DNA of 64,000 nt from a bacterium. GTDB taxonomy: Bacteria; Patescibacteriota; Minisyncoccia; UBA6257; GWB1-50-10. Both the position numbers and the translations under genes were made by a program. Below are positions 42,085 through 52,646 of this stretch, one piece after another. The notes under the pieces are model-generated. The model searched no databases. It saw only the letters and a list, made by a program, of their open reading frames with translations, and was not told where the DNA came from. Every line of letters begins with the position of its first letter. Position 1 is the stretch's first letter. Where the stretch lies: positions 21,384-85,383 of the forward strand of contig JAJYWR010000013.1 in NCBI GenBank assembly GCA_021791395.1, given 5' to 3'.

Positions 42085-43827
42085 TCACGCCACTTCCTTT
42101 TGGTAGCACTCCTCGCAGTAGACGATTTCCGGTCGATCCGGGGCAAATGCCGTCTCGAACTCATTCGAACATCTTTCCCCCCCGTGGAAGTGATTTTTCT
42201 TGTCGCACATGCAACTGCGACGCCAAAGCCGGAGAGGCGTTCCCTGCTTCAGGCGCCCGTAATGCCGGCAGTTCGGGCAAAGACGCGGCAGCGGCAAACC
42301 TATCCTTCTCAAAAACTGCAATTCCGGAGCGATGATCCTGAACACGCCCGTGCACTGCTCACCGCATTTCCCTCCGTGAGGGCATTCAATGGTTTGATTC
42401 AAAATATCGTCTTTCACATCCTTGATGTCATCGGGCAATTCGTCCGCTTTCACCGAAATCGCATAATCCTTCGCCGTTTCGTTTCTCCACGGATATTTTT
42501 CTTCCACCGCTCGTTCCGCCGTCAGCGGGAAATACTCCTGGGCGATGGTTTCGTTGTACGCGAAGGGTGAAAGTTCGATCGGGAAGAACTCTCCGTATTT
42601 ATAGATCCTGCCCTTCGCGTCCGTATACGGCATATCATTTATATGCTTTTTGATTTTCGGGAGAAGGGCTTCATATTCTTCTTTTGAATACTGCTTATTG
42701 AGGATACAAAGATCCTTCTTCCGCACCCCGACACATCCGAAGAGATTAGATCCTCCCCGGCAGTAATCCGAATACTCTACATTCACAATATTCTCATAGG
42801 TATTGGAAGAGAAAAAATTGCGGGAATCGTGATAAGCAACGTTCACCCCTTCGTAACTCAGTTCCCCACCGTCCCCCGCGCCGTGGAGGTCCATACAGTC
42901 CTTGATCTTCAGCGCCTGCGTGCAATACCGCAGATTTTCACATTCATCGACGTTGAACGATTTGAAAATGTTCTTTGAATTGATGATGTGGTTGCCGCTC
43001 ACGTTCACGACCTTGTTGGTGAACGCGAATCTTTGAATGGAATTTTTTTTCAGGTCGGCGAACTCGATCTTGAGGGATTGGATTGCCCTTGAGCTTCCCA
43101 ATCCCACTTCCGCCATCTTCCTTTCGTACTCCTCCTTGGTCAGCTGTTCGTTCCGAAACACATAAGACCGGCTCCTCAGATTAGACCCCATGAAGCAGCT
43201 CTTGCACCCCGCGCAATTATACAGGAAATAAGAATCCATGCAGTCGCGGCAATTTTGCAGGTAAGCAGAATGCACCGCATGATTAGTATCCATGGTTTCG
43301 TAGCAAAACTCGGAATCGGTAACGACATTCGAATCAAAAACATCGCGATCGTGGAACGCCTTATGGCTATAGGCGATGTTTTCGGAATAGAAGGTCGAGG
43401 GCGCCATGTAAACATCCTTCGAGAGCCACGTGAAATTCGAATACGGCGCATTCTGATTCTGAAGGCTTTCCAGAGCAAGACGGGGAACGTCCGCGAGGAG
43501 TTCCCGGAACTGCTCGAAAAACGGCCTCGAAAAATCGTAGTCGCGGCCGTATGACATGACGTCCCACTTGTCCGAGAACCAGCAGTCATAACAGTAGGCT
43601 TTAAACGGCCGGTCCCCGGAGTACATCGAGATGACGGGCTTGCCGCAAAGATCGCACATATCTTTGTACAAGCTGCGCTCATTTCTAAAGGCCATTCGTC
43701 GCTCGCGCCGGCACTCGGGGCAGAAGGTCGGCGGAGGAACTTTTATTTTTTCGTAAAAACTGAAATCCTCCGGTTCGATCGTGAATTCCTTTTTACAGTT
43801 TTGACAGGTTTTTGTTTCTGAATTCAT
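42085..43827 (-). CDS. Cys-rich ZnR-FY family paralog 1 (unknown function)
   Basis: MNSETKTCQNCKKEFTIEPEDFSFYEKIKVPPPTFCPECR ... LPLPRLCPNCRHYGRL ... IVYCEECYQKEVA. Start at 43827 forms ATGA with the upstream stop. Confidence 0.85.
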   Translation of the reverse strand: MNSETKTCQNCKKEFTIEPEDFSFYEKIKVPPPTFCPECRRERRMAFRNERSLYKDMCDLCGKPVISMYSGDRPFKAYCYDCWFSDKWDVMSYGRDYDFSRPFFEQFRELLADVPRLALESLQNQNAPYSNFTWLSKDVYMAPSTFYSENIAYSHKAFHDRDVFDSNVVTDSEFCYETMDTNHAVHSAYLQNCRDCMDSYFLYNCAGCKSCFMGSNLRSRSYVFRNEQLTKEEYERKMAEVGLGSSRAIQSLKIEFADLKKNSIQRFAFTNKVVNVSGNHIINSKNIFKSFNVDECENLRYCTQALKIKDCMDLHGAGDGGELSYEGVNVAYHDSRNFFSSNTYENIVNVEYSDYCRGGSNLFGCVGVRKKDLCILNKQYSKEEYEALLPKIKKHINDMPYTDAKGRIYKYGEFFPIELSPFAYNETIAQEYFPLTAERAVEEKYPWRNETAKDYAISVKADELPDDIKDVKDDILNQTIECPHGGKCGEQCTGVFRIIAPELQFLRRIGLPLPRLCPNCRHYGRLKQGTPLRLWRRSCMCDKKNHFHGGERCSNEFETAFAPDRPEIVYCEECYQKEVA

Positions 43828-45602
43828 ACGACTTCCGCATTGTAGCACTCCTCGCAATATACAATGTCTGGCTTGTTGGGTGCATACGAGGTTTCGAATT
43901 CATTCGGGCAGTGCGCTTTTCCGTGAGCATGAGCGACAGTGTTCCGATAGACACCATCCTCGCTTTTCGCGCCAGCGCATTGGCACTTCCGGCGCCACAA
44001 CTTCAACGGATTCCGCTGCTTCAGGCGTTCGTAGTGCCGGCAATTCGGGCAGAGGCGCGGAAGCGGAAGGTTGAATTTTTTATAGAATTCGAGTTCGTCC
44101 TTCAGTATCTTGAAGGCCTGCGTGCACTGTTCATTACAGGTCTGGCCGTGAGCGCACCCAATAACCTCATTCAAGATATCTCCTGAAATTTCTTTTACAT
44201 TGTCAGGCAAGTCCGCTGCCTTCTTTGTAATGCCATAATTTCTGTTTTCATCATCTCTCCACCGATAGCCGGCGTTCAATGCCTCTTCTTTTACTGTGGG
44301 GAAATACTGTTGTGCGATTGTTTCGTTGTACGCAAAAGGAGAAAGATCCGACGGGAAGAATTCGCCATAGCCGTATATTCTCCCCTTCTGGTCGGTATAG
44401 GGCATATCCTTCATATGCTGGATGATTTTCGGAACCAGGGCTTCATATTCTTCTTTTGAGTATTGTTTGTTCAAGATGCAGTATTCCTTGTTGTGGATAT
44501 GGTTGCACCCGAAGCAGTTATGACACCCCGAAAAAGCATTGATGCAGTAGGTTTGGTTCGAGCCGGTCCACGGCAGATAGCAGAACTTCGCATTATACGC
44601 GGGCGCGCCAGAACCGACCGTTTCGTAGCACAACTCCGATGTGGTGTACGCCGCATATGCATCCATGGTATCCTTCGCTTCATTGCCGTATGAGACATAT
44701 TTGCAGTTTTCACTGGAAGAAACGTCAAAGCAATTCTTACAGTTCTTTGTATTAATTAAGTAATTGCCGGTCGATCCCTCGTGATTAAATCCCTCAACAG
44801 CTTTCTTAAGAGATTTCTCCCTCATTTCTTTAAATTCATTTTTCAACGCCTCGATGTCTTTCTCGCTTCCGAAATCGATGCCATTCATGATTTTCTGGTA
44901 TTCCTCCTTCGAATACTGCTTGTTCCTGACGCAATAATTTTTCCGGACCAGATTGGAGCACATGAAACAGTTCGAGCATCCTCGGCAGTTATAGAGAAAG
45001 GAACTTCCCAGTGAATCTTGGCACTGTTGCGAGAAGAAGAGGCTGTTGCAGTTTTGGCAATCTATTGAATCGAAGCATGATTCACTTTTTAAAACCCGGA
45101 GCCCGTCAACGATCGTCTTGGAGTAATTGACGTAATTGCAGTACATACAGTCTTCATTGCCGATGGATGCAAAAACGAGGTAGCAGTTTTTGTCGCCCGC
45201 AAAATGGTTGCCGTACTCGCTGTTCACGAGATCGTGGGATGCCTGAAGGCCAAGCTTGGGCGCCCGCAACGCAAGTTCCCGATACTGCTCGAAAAACGGC
45301 CTCGAGAAATCATAGTCACGACCCGAGGTAAGCTGATCCCAGTTATCGGCATAAAAGCAGTCGTAGCAATAGACTGCGTAGGGTGCATCGGGGGCGTAGA
45401 TGCTTATCTTGTCCTTCCCGCAGAGATCGCATTTCCGCCGATAAATCGTCCGCTCGTTCCGGAAAGACATCCTCCGGACCATCCGGCAATCCGGGCAGAA
45501 GGTCGGCGGCGGGACTTGGATCTTCTCGTAGAAACTGAAATCATCCGGTTCGATCGTGAATTCCTGATGGCAGTTTTGGCAGGTTTTAACTTCTCGATTC
45601 AT
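43824..45602 (-). CDS. Cys-rich ZnR-FY family paralog 2
   Basis: MNREVKTCQNCHQEFTIEPDDFSFYEKIQVPPPTFCPDCR ... CPNCRHYERLKQRNPLKLWRRKCQC ... VYCEECYNAEVV. ATGA overlaps at both ends. Confidence 0.85.
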   Translation of the reverse strand: MNREVKTCQNCHQEFTIEPDDFSFYEKIQVPPPTFCPDCRMVRRMSFRNERTIYRRKCDLCGKDKISIYAPDAPYAVYCYDCFYADNWDQLTSGRDYDFSRPFFEQYRELALRAPKLGLQASHDLVNSEYGNHFAGDKNCYLVFASIGNEDCMYCNYVNYSKTIVDGLRVLKSESCFDSIDCQNCNSLFFSQQCQDSLGSSFLYNCRGCSNCFMCSNLVRKNYCVRNKQYSKEEYQKIMNGIDFGSEKDIEALKNEFKEMREKSLKKAVEGFNHEGSTGNYLINTKNCKNCFDVSSSENCKYVSYGNEAKDTMDAYAAYTTSELCYETVGSGAPAYNAKFCYLPWTGSNQTYCINAFSGCHNCFGCNHIHNKEYCILNKQYSKEEYEALVPKIIQHMKDMPYTDQKGRIYGYGEFFPSDLSPFAYNETIAQQYFPTVKEEALNAGYRWRDDENRNYGITKKAADLPDNVKEISGDILNEVIGCAHGQTCNEQCTQAFKILKDELEFYKKFNLPLPRLCPNCRHYERLKQRNPLKLWRRKCQCAGAKSEDGVYRNTVAHAHGKAHCPNEFETSYAPNKPDIVYCEECYNAEVV

Positions 45603-47389
45603 ACAACTTCGGCTTGATAACAACTTTCACAGTACACGATTTCCTTTCTCTCGGGCGCATAGGGTGTCTCGAATTCACCTTGACAATGGCTTATGCCATG
45701 ACCGTGCTGCGCCGTGTTTGTGTAAACGCCATTCTCCGATTTGATTCCTCCGCATTGGCACTTCCGATGCCACAGCTTGAGCGGATTCCGCTGCCGCAGG
45801 CGTTCGTAGTGCCGGCAATTCGGGCAAAGTGTCGGGAGCGACAAATTCATCCGCCTATAGAATTGAAGTTCCTGGGGAATGATTTTGAAAGCGATCGTGC
45901 ACTGCTCCTTGCATTTTCCTTCATGGGCGCATCCAATTGTTTCTTTCATGATTGAATCATCGATGTCTTTTATGCCATCAGGCAGATCGGATGATTTTTT
46001 GGTGATCTGATAATTCTTGCCTTCCGGTTCTTTCCACCGATATCCCCGGGAAACCGCACCTTCCTTTGTTAGGGAAAAATATTCCTCGGCAATCGTTTCG
46101 TTATACGCGAAGGGAGATAAATCCAGAGGAAAGAATTCACCGTAGCCGTACGTCCTCCCTTGTTGATCGACGTACGGCATATCCTTCATGTGCTGGATGA
46201 CTTGAGGGACCAATTTTTCGTATTCTTCTCTTGTATATTGCTTGTTTAAGACGCAATATTGCTTGCCCCGCAAGCCGTAGCAACCGAAGAGATTTTGCGA
46301 TGACGTGCAATTATAGGAATAGAAAATGTCGGAACTTCCTTTAATGAACTGGCTGCACACGTACCGGGAGTTTTCCGTAGATTCGAAACCGAGGGAAAGA
46401 GATTCGTAGAGCAATTCTCCTCTGCTCAAGCCGTAGATATCGTACGAATCTTTGAGACCGAGGCCGATATAATGCGAAAAACGCGAATTTTCATAACCGT
46501 CTCCGGAAAAATCAAAACAATCGTGACAGTTCTTGGAATTTTTGAGGTTGTCGCCCGTGCAGTTGACCGATTTTAATATCTCGGCATATTTATGGAGCGA
46601 ATTTTTCTTCAAATCACTGAACTTCGTTTTCCACTCCTCGATTTGTGTACGATTTCCTAGATCAATTTTCGCAATTTTCTCTTGATACTGCTCTTTCGTG
46701 CACGGTTGGTTCAGAAAGTAGTGTTGCTTGTTCCGCAGATTGACGGACCCAAAACAGTTTTGGCAACCCTTGCAGTTGTAAAGGAACGAAGAATCGGAAC
46801 AACCATCACAGTACTGACAAAACTTCAAACCGTAAGAATTTTCGCACTGCACCGACTCGTAGCACGCTTCCGTTTTGGTATTTGTATAGAGATCCATCCC
46901 GTCCTTCGACATGTAAATCCGGTTCGAGTAGAGGATATCCTCACTTTCCCGTCCTCCCATCAGAAGGTAGCAATTTTTCGCGCCGGCCATGTAGTTGCAG
47001 TAATCGGCATTGACGGCAGTTGTATTGAAGAGCGCCATTGCGGGAACCCGCTTCAGGAGAAATTCCGAAAACTGAGAGAAGAAGGACTTGTTGAAATCAT
47101 AGGAACGCCCGAACATTTCGGGGTTCCACCTATCGCTCCACCAACACTCTTGGCAGTAAACGGGAAAGTCGACACCACTCGGATAAATGGAAATAATCGA
47201 TTTACTGCATAAATCGCACGTGCGGCGGTACAACGTCCGCTCGTTCCGCCACACCATCTTGCGCATCAGACGGCAATCAGGACACCAGGTCGGCGGCGGA
47301 ACCCGCATCTTTTCGTAAAAAGAAAAATCGTCGGGTTCAATAGTGAACTCCTTCTTGCAGTTTTGGCAGGTTTTAACTTCTCGATTCAT
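45599..47389 (-). CDS. Cys-rich ZnR-FY family paralog 3
   Basis: Same architecture as the other paralogs. ATGA overlaps at both ends. Confidence 0.85.
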   Translation of the reverse strand: MNREVKTCQNCKKEFTIEPDDFSFYEKMRVPPPTWCPDCRLMRKMVWRNERTLYRRTCDLCSKSIISIYPSGVDFPVYCQECWWSDRWNPEMFGRSYDFNKSFFSQFSEFLLKRVPAMALFNTTAVNADYCNYMAGAKNCYLLMGGRESEDILYSNRIYMSKDGMDLYTNTKTEACYESVQCENSYGLKFCQYCDGCSDSSFLYNCKGCQNCFGSVNLRNKQHYFLNQPCTKEQYQEKIAKIDLGNRTQIEEWKTKFSDLKKNSLHKYAEILKSVNCTGDNLKNSKNCHDCFDFSGDGYENSRFSHYIGLGLKDSYDIYGLSRGELLYESLSLGFESTENSRYVCSQFIKGSSDIFYSYNCTSSQNLFGCYGLRGKQYCVLNKQYTREEYEKLVPQVIQHMKDMPYVDQQGRTYGYGEFFPLDLSPFAYNETIAEEYFSLTKEGAVSRGYRWKEPEGKNYQITKKSSDLPDGIKDIDDSIMKETIGCAHEGKCKEQCTIAFKIIPQELQFYRRMNLSLPTLCPNCRHYERLRQRNPLKLWHRKCQCGGIKSENGVYTNTAQHGHGISHCQGEFETPYAPERKEIVYCESCYQAEVV

Positions 47390-49131
47390 GCTATCTCACT
47401 ATTATAACAGCTCTCGCAGTACACGATTTCCGGGCGGTCGGGGGCATAGCTCGTTTCGAATTCGACGGTGCAATGCGAGTCGCCGTGAAAATGATTTTTC
47501 CGATCGCACATGCACGACCTATGCCACAGCTTCATGGGGTTCCTTTTCTTCAATCTTTCGTAATGCCGGCAGTTCGGACATAACCGAGGCAGAGGCAGAT
47601 TCATTCGCTTATAGAATTGAAGTTCCTGAGGAACAATTTTAAAGGCACCGACACACTGATGGAGACATCTCCCCGCGTGTTCGCACCCAACAACCTCGTT
47701 CACGATGGAATCGGTGACATCCTTGATGTTGTCCGGAAGATCTTCAGATCGAATGGTCACCTGGTATTCTTTAATATTCGGATCTTTCCACCGGTAACCC
47801 CGGCCCATCGTCTCGTCTTTCGTGAGCGGAAAATATTCTTGTGCGATGGTTTCATTGTAGGCGAAGGGGCTGAGTTCCGGCGGAAAGAATTCGCCGTAGC
47901 CGTACGTTCTTCCCCTTTGATCGACATAGGGCATGGTGTTCATCTGATCAATGATCCGTGGGGTTAGCTCCTCGTATTCTTCCTTCGAGTATTGCTTGTT
48001 CAGAATGCAGTATTGTTTGTTTCGGAGGCCGATGCAACCGAAGCAATCGTTGCAACCATGGCAATTATAACTATAGAGAACATTCTTCCCGCCCCAAACG
48101 ACAATGCCGTTGATCAACCGGGAAGCGTTCAACCCGGAATCCATTACCTCATAGCTTAAATCAACGTGTTCACCCGGTCCGTAGCTGTCATAAATGTCAC
48201 TCATGATGACGCCTCCATTCGTGGTATATTTGCAATCTTTCGCGTTATCAAAAAGGTCGAAGCAGGATTTGCAGTTTTTTACGTTCGTCAGATTGTCGCC
48301 CGTCGAATCCGGTGCGTTCACCAAAAAGGCGAACTTACGGATCGTTTGCAATTTGAGGTCGTTAAAGTCTCGTTTGATCCGCTTGAGCCCCTCATGGCTC
48401 CCCAGGTCGAATTCTTTCAGTTTTTGGACATATTCCTCGGGAGAGCATTGCTCGTTCCAAATGCAGTATGACTTGTTCCTTAAATTGGAGCACCCAAAGC
48501 AGTTCGAGCATCCCTTGCAGTTGTAGAGGAAGTACGAATCATTGCAGGAGTCAGAATTTTCTGAAAAGAACATACGGTATAATTTCATGCCGGTAATGAC
48601 CTCATAGCTCAGTTCGACATACGATGATGATAAAACATCGAGCGAATCTTTCGACATCCACGTCTTGTTCGCGTACATCACCCGCTCATTCATCCAAGCG
48701 CCGAATACCAGATAGCAATCCTTGGAACGTCCGCCATGGTTGGTGTATTCGCAGTTCTCGGACTGGGCATTGAAGATCGCCGGCATTGGCGCGCGTTCGA
48801 GGAGCGACCGGAATTGGCTGAAAAACGTTTCCTTGAAGTCGTAGGGGCGGCCGGAAGCGAGGGGGTCCCACTGGTCGCTCCACCAGACGTCGCGATCGTA
48901 CACGGTTACCTTACTATCCGGCGCGAAAATTGAAAGAACCCGCTTTCCCGTCAAATCACAGTTTCTCTGGTACAGCGAACGTTCATTCCGCCACGTCATT
49001 TTGCGCATTAAACGGCAATCAGGACACCAGGTCGGCGGCGGGACTTGGATGCGCTCATAGAAATCAAAATCCTCCGGTTCGATCGTGAATTCCTTCTTGC
49101 AGTTTTGACAGGTTTTTGTTTCTGAATTCAT
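47386..49131 (-). CDS. Cys-rich ZnR-FY family paralog 4
   Basis: Same architecture. The second ribbon is degenerate (CDLTGK...VYDRDVW). ATGA overlaps at both ends. Confidence 0.85.
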   Translation of the reverse strand: MNSETKTCQNCKKEFTIEPEDFDFYERIQVPPPTWCPDCRLMRKMTWRNERSLYQRNCDLTGKRVLSIFAPDSKVTVYDRDVWWSDQWDPLASGRPYDFKETFFSQFRSLLERAPMPAIFNAQSENCEYTNHGGRSKDCYLVFGAWMNERVMYANKTWMSKDSLDVLSSSYVELSYEVITGMKLYRMFFSENSDSCNDSYFLYNCKGCSNCFGCSNLRNKSYCIWNEQCSPEEYVQKLKEFDLGSHEGLKRIKRDFNDLKLQTIRKFAFLVNAPDSTGDNLTNVKNCKSCFDLFDNAKDCKYTTNGGVIMSDIYDSYGPGEHVDLSYEVMDSGLNASRLINGIVVWGGKNVLYSYNCHGCNDCFGCIGLRNKQYCILNKQYSKEEYEELTPRIIDQMNTMPYVDQRGRTYGYGEFFPPELSPFAYNETIAQEYFPLTKDETMGRGYRWKDPNIKEYQVTIRSEDLPDNIKDVTDSIVNEVVGCEHAGRCLHQCVGAFKIVPQELQFYKRMNLPLPRLCPNCRHYERLKKRNPMKLWHRSCMCDRKNHFHGDSHCTVEFETSYAPDRPEIVYCESCYNSEIA

Positions 49132-50836
49132 ACGACTTCCGCATTATAACATTGTTCGCAATAGACAATTTCCTTCCGATCCGGGGCATAGCTCGTCTCG
49201 AATTCGTTCGGGCACCGACCCGTGTGGCCATGGCTTATCGCCTGTGGTGAGCTTTTCAAACCACACATGCATTGCCGATGCCAGAGTTTAACGGGGTTTT
49301 TGAACTTCAAGCGATCCTTGAGCCGGCAGAAAAAACATTTCCGCGGGACTGGAATGCCGTTCCGTTTATAGAACGCGAGTTCTTCAGCGAGAATCTTATA
49401 ATTCCTGCCGCAGTCGGCGCAAGCGAGGATTTCATTCACGATCGAATTCGGAACATCCCCAATCGCATCAGGAATTTCTCGCATCGTTTCCTTCCCCGTC
49501 GTGAATTGGAGTTTATCCTGCCATCGATACCCCTTCGCGAGTGCCTCTTCTTTCGTCATAGGGTAGTTATCTTCCGCCAGTGTTTCGTTGTATCCGAAGG
49601 TCGAGAGCGATACCGGGAAGAATTCGCCCCATTCTCCCCCTTTTTCATTCCGTCCACGATCTCTTCCTTGAGCTTTTCATACGACTCCTTGGTGTACTGT
49701 TTGTTCAAGATGCAGTATTGGGCGCTTTTCAAACCGACACAGCCGAATAGTTCCTCCGACGATTGGCAGCTGTCTGAATACAGAACATTCCGATCTTTAT
49801 GGCAGTAAGACGTGAAATGCGTGCCATACGAATTGTCGGGATTGATACCTTCGTAGCAAAGCTCCTGCTCGCCCCCGCTCGCGCAGTCATAGCTGTCCTT
49901 AATCGTGTCACCGTTCTCAAAAAACTTAGAATCTTCAACTCTCACCGCATTCCAGCAATTCAAGGCGTTTTTTGAATTGACGAGGTAATTCCCCGCGCAG
50001 TTGACGCAATTCATGAAGTTGGCCGGTCTCCGCGGGAATTTCAGAATGAAATCGAAAAATTCCTTTTTGACCCGCTCCGACCTGCTCCAGGTATCGATCC
50101 GGTATTCACCGAGGATTTTCTCATATTCTTCCTTTGTATACTGCTGATTTTTCACGCAGTACTTTTTGTGACGGAGGCCGATCGACATGAAACAATCGCT
50201 GCAATCCCGGCAATCGTAACAGAAAGCACAGTTGATGAGCGATTCTGAGTTAAAAACGAATCGGCAGGAGTTGCTCTCTCCTACATAAATCGATTCATAG
50301 ATATTCCGGGCATTTGAGAAAACCGTCATTACATCCACCATATCCTTCGCGTTCACCATATGGTAGCAATACATGCAATTTTCCACTTTCCACGAGTTCA
50401 TGGTGAGGTAACAGTTTTTGCCGAGAGCGAAGTAGTTCGTATATTCGCATCCGACGCTTGCGATATTGTTGTCGTTCAAAATCGCGAGAGCCGGTACGAT
50501 ATCGAGAAGTTCTCGATATTGCTCGAAGAAAGACCGTGATAGATCGTAATCACGACCGTATTTCTTCGGATCCCAGCCGTCGCCCCACCAGCATTTGTTG
50601 CAATAGATCGGGACAGGCTTCTCCGGCGAGTAGATGGAGATAATTTTCCGGCTGCAGAGCTCGCACTCACGATTGTAGAAGTTGTAATCATTCCGCCAGG
50701 CGAGCCGACGTTGCCTCCGGCAGTCGGGACACAAAATCGGCGCTGGCACCCCGATACGGTTATAGAACAAAGAGTCGTCCCCCTCGACCGTGAAATCTGA
50801 TTTACAATTTACGCATTTTTTTATTTCCTTCTTCAT
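49128..50836 (-). pseudogene. Cys-rich ZnR-FY family paralog 5, interrupted by a -1 frame change (ORFs 49556-50836 and 49128-49559)
   Basis: The N-terminal 426-aa ORF loses family similarity after ...IVDGMKK. The -1 frame continues GGEWGEFFPVSLSTFGYNETLAEDNYPMTKEEALAKGYRW... to the normal family C-terminus. The switch point is the run AAAAAGGGGG (49636-49645). Confidence 0.75.
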
Positions 50837-52611
50837 GCTATTTCACTGTTATAACACTCTTCGCAGTACACAATGTCTGGCTTGTTGGGTGCATACGATG
50901 TTTCGAATTCATTGGGGCATTTCCCCGCTCCGTGGGAATGAGCGGCAGTGTTTTGATAGACACCATCCTCGCTTTTCGCGCCGGAACACTGGCATTTCCG
51001 GTGCCAGAGCTTGAACGGATTCCGCTGCCGCAGGCGCTCGTAATGCCGGCAGTTCGGGCAGAGGCGCGGCAGGGTAAACCCCATTTTTTTGTAGAACTGA
51101 AATTCTTGAGGGATTATCTTGAAGCCAACCGTACATCGCTCATTGCATTTTCCCTGATGAGCGCATCCAATAATTTCACTCACTATCGAATCCTCAGCAA
51201 CCGCTATTTCTGGGATTTTATCCGGTTGCAACGTAATTTTATAATTCCTTTCCTCGAGAGTTCTCCAACCGTAGTTAGCTATTCTTGCTCCATCCTCATC
51301 GAGAGGAAAGTATTCTTGCGCAACCGACTCATTGTAGGCGAAGGGAGAAATTTCTATTGGAAAGAATTCGCCGTATCGGTAAACCCGGCCTCCTTTATCG
51401 ACATACGGCACTTCGTTCATTTGTTTTATGATTTTCGAAACAAATGATCGATATTCTTCCTTGGAATATTGTTTGTTCAGGATGCAATATTGTTTATTCC
51501 TAAGCCCAACACAACCAAAACAATTTGATGAATTCCTCAGAAAATAAGAATAACGAAGAGAATAGCCGTCCCAAACATTCCCGCAAAAAGCAACATCGTG
51601 CATATTACTCCCCGCGTCCATAATATCGTAACTATTCTCCAAATTTACTCCTACGGCATAAGCATCATAGATATTCCTCATATCGGTAACTCCGTAAATG
51701 ACAAATTTGGAATCTTCCAACGGCCCTTCTATATCGAAGCAATTTTTAGAGTTTTTTACTTCTTTCAGGTAGTCCCCCGTCGAATTGACGACATGGCGTG
51801 AATTGGAGAATTTTCTGGGTTTTTGAACCAAGAGCTTCGAAAATTCCTCTTCAAAATTTTGTCGCCCTTCAGGGGTCTTTAATTCTTCGAGTTCATTCTG
51901 GTAATCTTCTTCTGATCGCTCTTGGTTCAAAACATAGTACTTTGCGTTCCTCAAGCCAACGCACCCGATGCAATTCCGCACGTTCCGGCAATCATAGCAA
52001 TACCTCGAATCAATGCAGGAATCAGAAAGAGTCAGGTATTCGCTATTGTAGCAACCTTCACAATCATTCAACTCGCGGCAACCCTCGTTTTTGCGAGAGC
52101 CGAGCATATCAAAACAATTTTTATTTTGAATAGAATGGTAGAGATAAGCCGAATCTTCATTCATATCACTCGCAAAGTTCAGATAACAATTTTTAGACTG
52201 GTAAGTAAAATTGCAGTAGTCGCTGTTTACGGCATCAATGTTGATAAGTGCGGGCGTCGGTACTTTATAAAGAAGTTCTTTCCACTGTTCAAAAAACGGT
52301 TTGCCAAAATCGTATTCTTGTCCGTATTGCATTGGATCCCATTCATCGCTCCACCAGTATTGATGACAATAAACTTCGATTGGCGATTCTTGAGAGTACA
52401 TCGAAATGAGGTTTTCGCTGTGTCCAGGTGCATCGCATTTCCTTTTATGCAAACCCCTCTCGTTCCGCCAAGATAGATGGCGGCACAGCCTGCACTCGGG
52501 GCAGAACGTCGGCGGCGGGACCTGGATTTTCTCATAGAAAGCAAAATCCTCCGGTTCGATCGTGAACTCTCGTTTGCAGTTTTGGCAGATTCTCGTTTCA
52601 GTTTTGGTCAT
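50833..52611 (-). CDS. Cys-rich ZnR-FY family paralog 6 (first gene of the six-gene chain)
   Basis: MTKTETRICQNCKREFTIEPEDFAFYEKIQVPPPTFCPECR ... CPNCRHYERLRQRNPFKLWHRKCQC ... VYCEECYNSEIA. Confidence 0.85.
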   Translation of the reverse strand: MTKTETRICQNCKREFTIEPEDFAFYEKIQVPPPTFCPECRLCRHLSWRNERGLHKRKCDAPGHSENLISMYSQESPIEVYCHQYWWSDEWDPMQYGQEYDFGKPFFEQWKELLYKVPTPALINIDAVNSDYCNFTYQSKNCYLNFASDMNEDSAYLYHSIQNKNCFDMLGSRKNEGCRELNDCEGCYNSEYLTLSDSCIDSRYCYDCRNVRNCIGCVGLRNAKYYVLNQERSEEDYQNELEELKTPEGRQNFEEEFSKLLVQKPRKFSNSRHVVNSTGDYLKEVKNSKNCFDIEGPLEDSKFVIYGVTDMRNIYDAYAVGVNLENSYDIMDAGSNMHDVAFCGNVWDGYSLRYSYFLRNSSNCFGCVGLRNKQYCILNKQYSKEEYRSFVSKIIKQMNEVPYVDKGGRVYRYGEFFPIEISPFAYNESVAQEYFPLDEDGARIANYGWRTLEERNYKITLQPDKIPEIAVAEDSIVSEIIGCAHQGKCNERCTVGFKIIPQEFQFYKKMGFTLPRLCPNCRHYERLRQRNPFKLWHRKCQCSGAKSEDGVYQNTAAHSHGAGKCPNEFETSYAPNKPDIVYCEECYNSEIA

Positions 52612-52629
52612 TTGATCATTAGTATATTG

Positions 52630-52646
52630 AAATCCACCATGGATTT
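52630..52646. promoter_or_regulatory. Operator-like inverted repeat in the divergent promoter region
   Basis: AAATCCA-CCA-TGGATTT, perfect 7-bp arms. Lies between the -10-like TATACT of paralog 6 (52621-52626, minus) and TGGTACACT of the MGMT-like gene (52676-52684, plus). Confidence 0.4.

Noticed and set aside
43824-43827. Alternative genetic code with UGA reassigned, as in some CPR lineages.
   Set aside because: TGA consistently ends full-length family and housekeeping ORFs, including all ATGA junctions. No conserved protein requires read-through of TGA.
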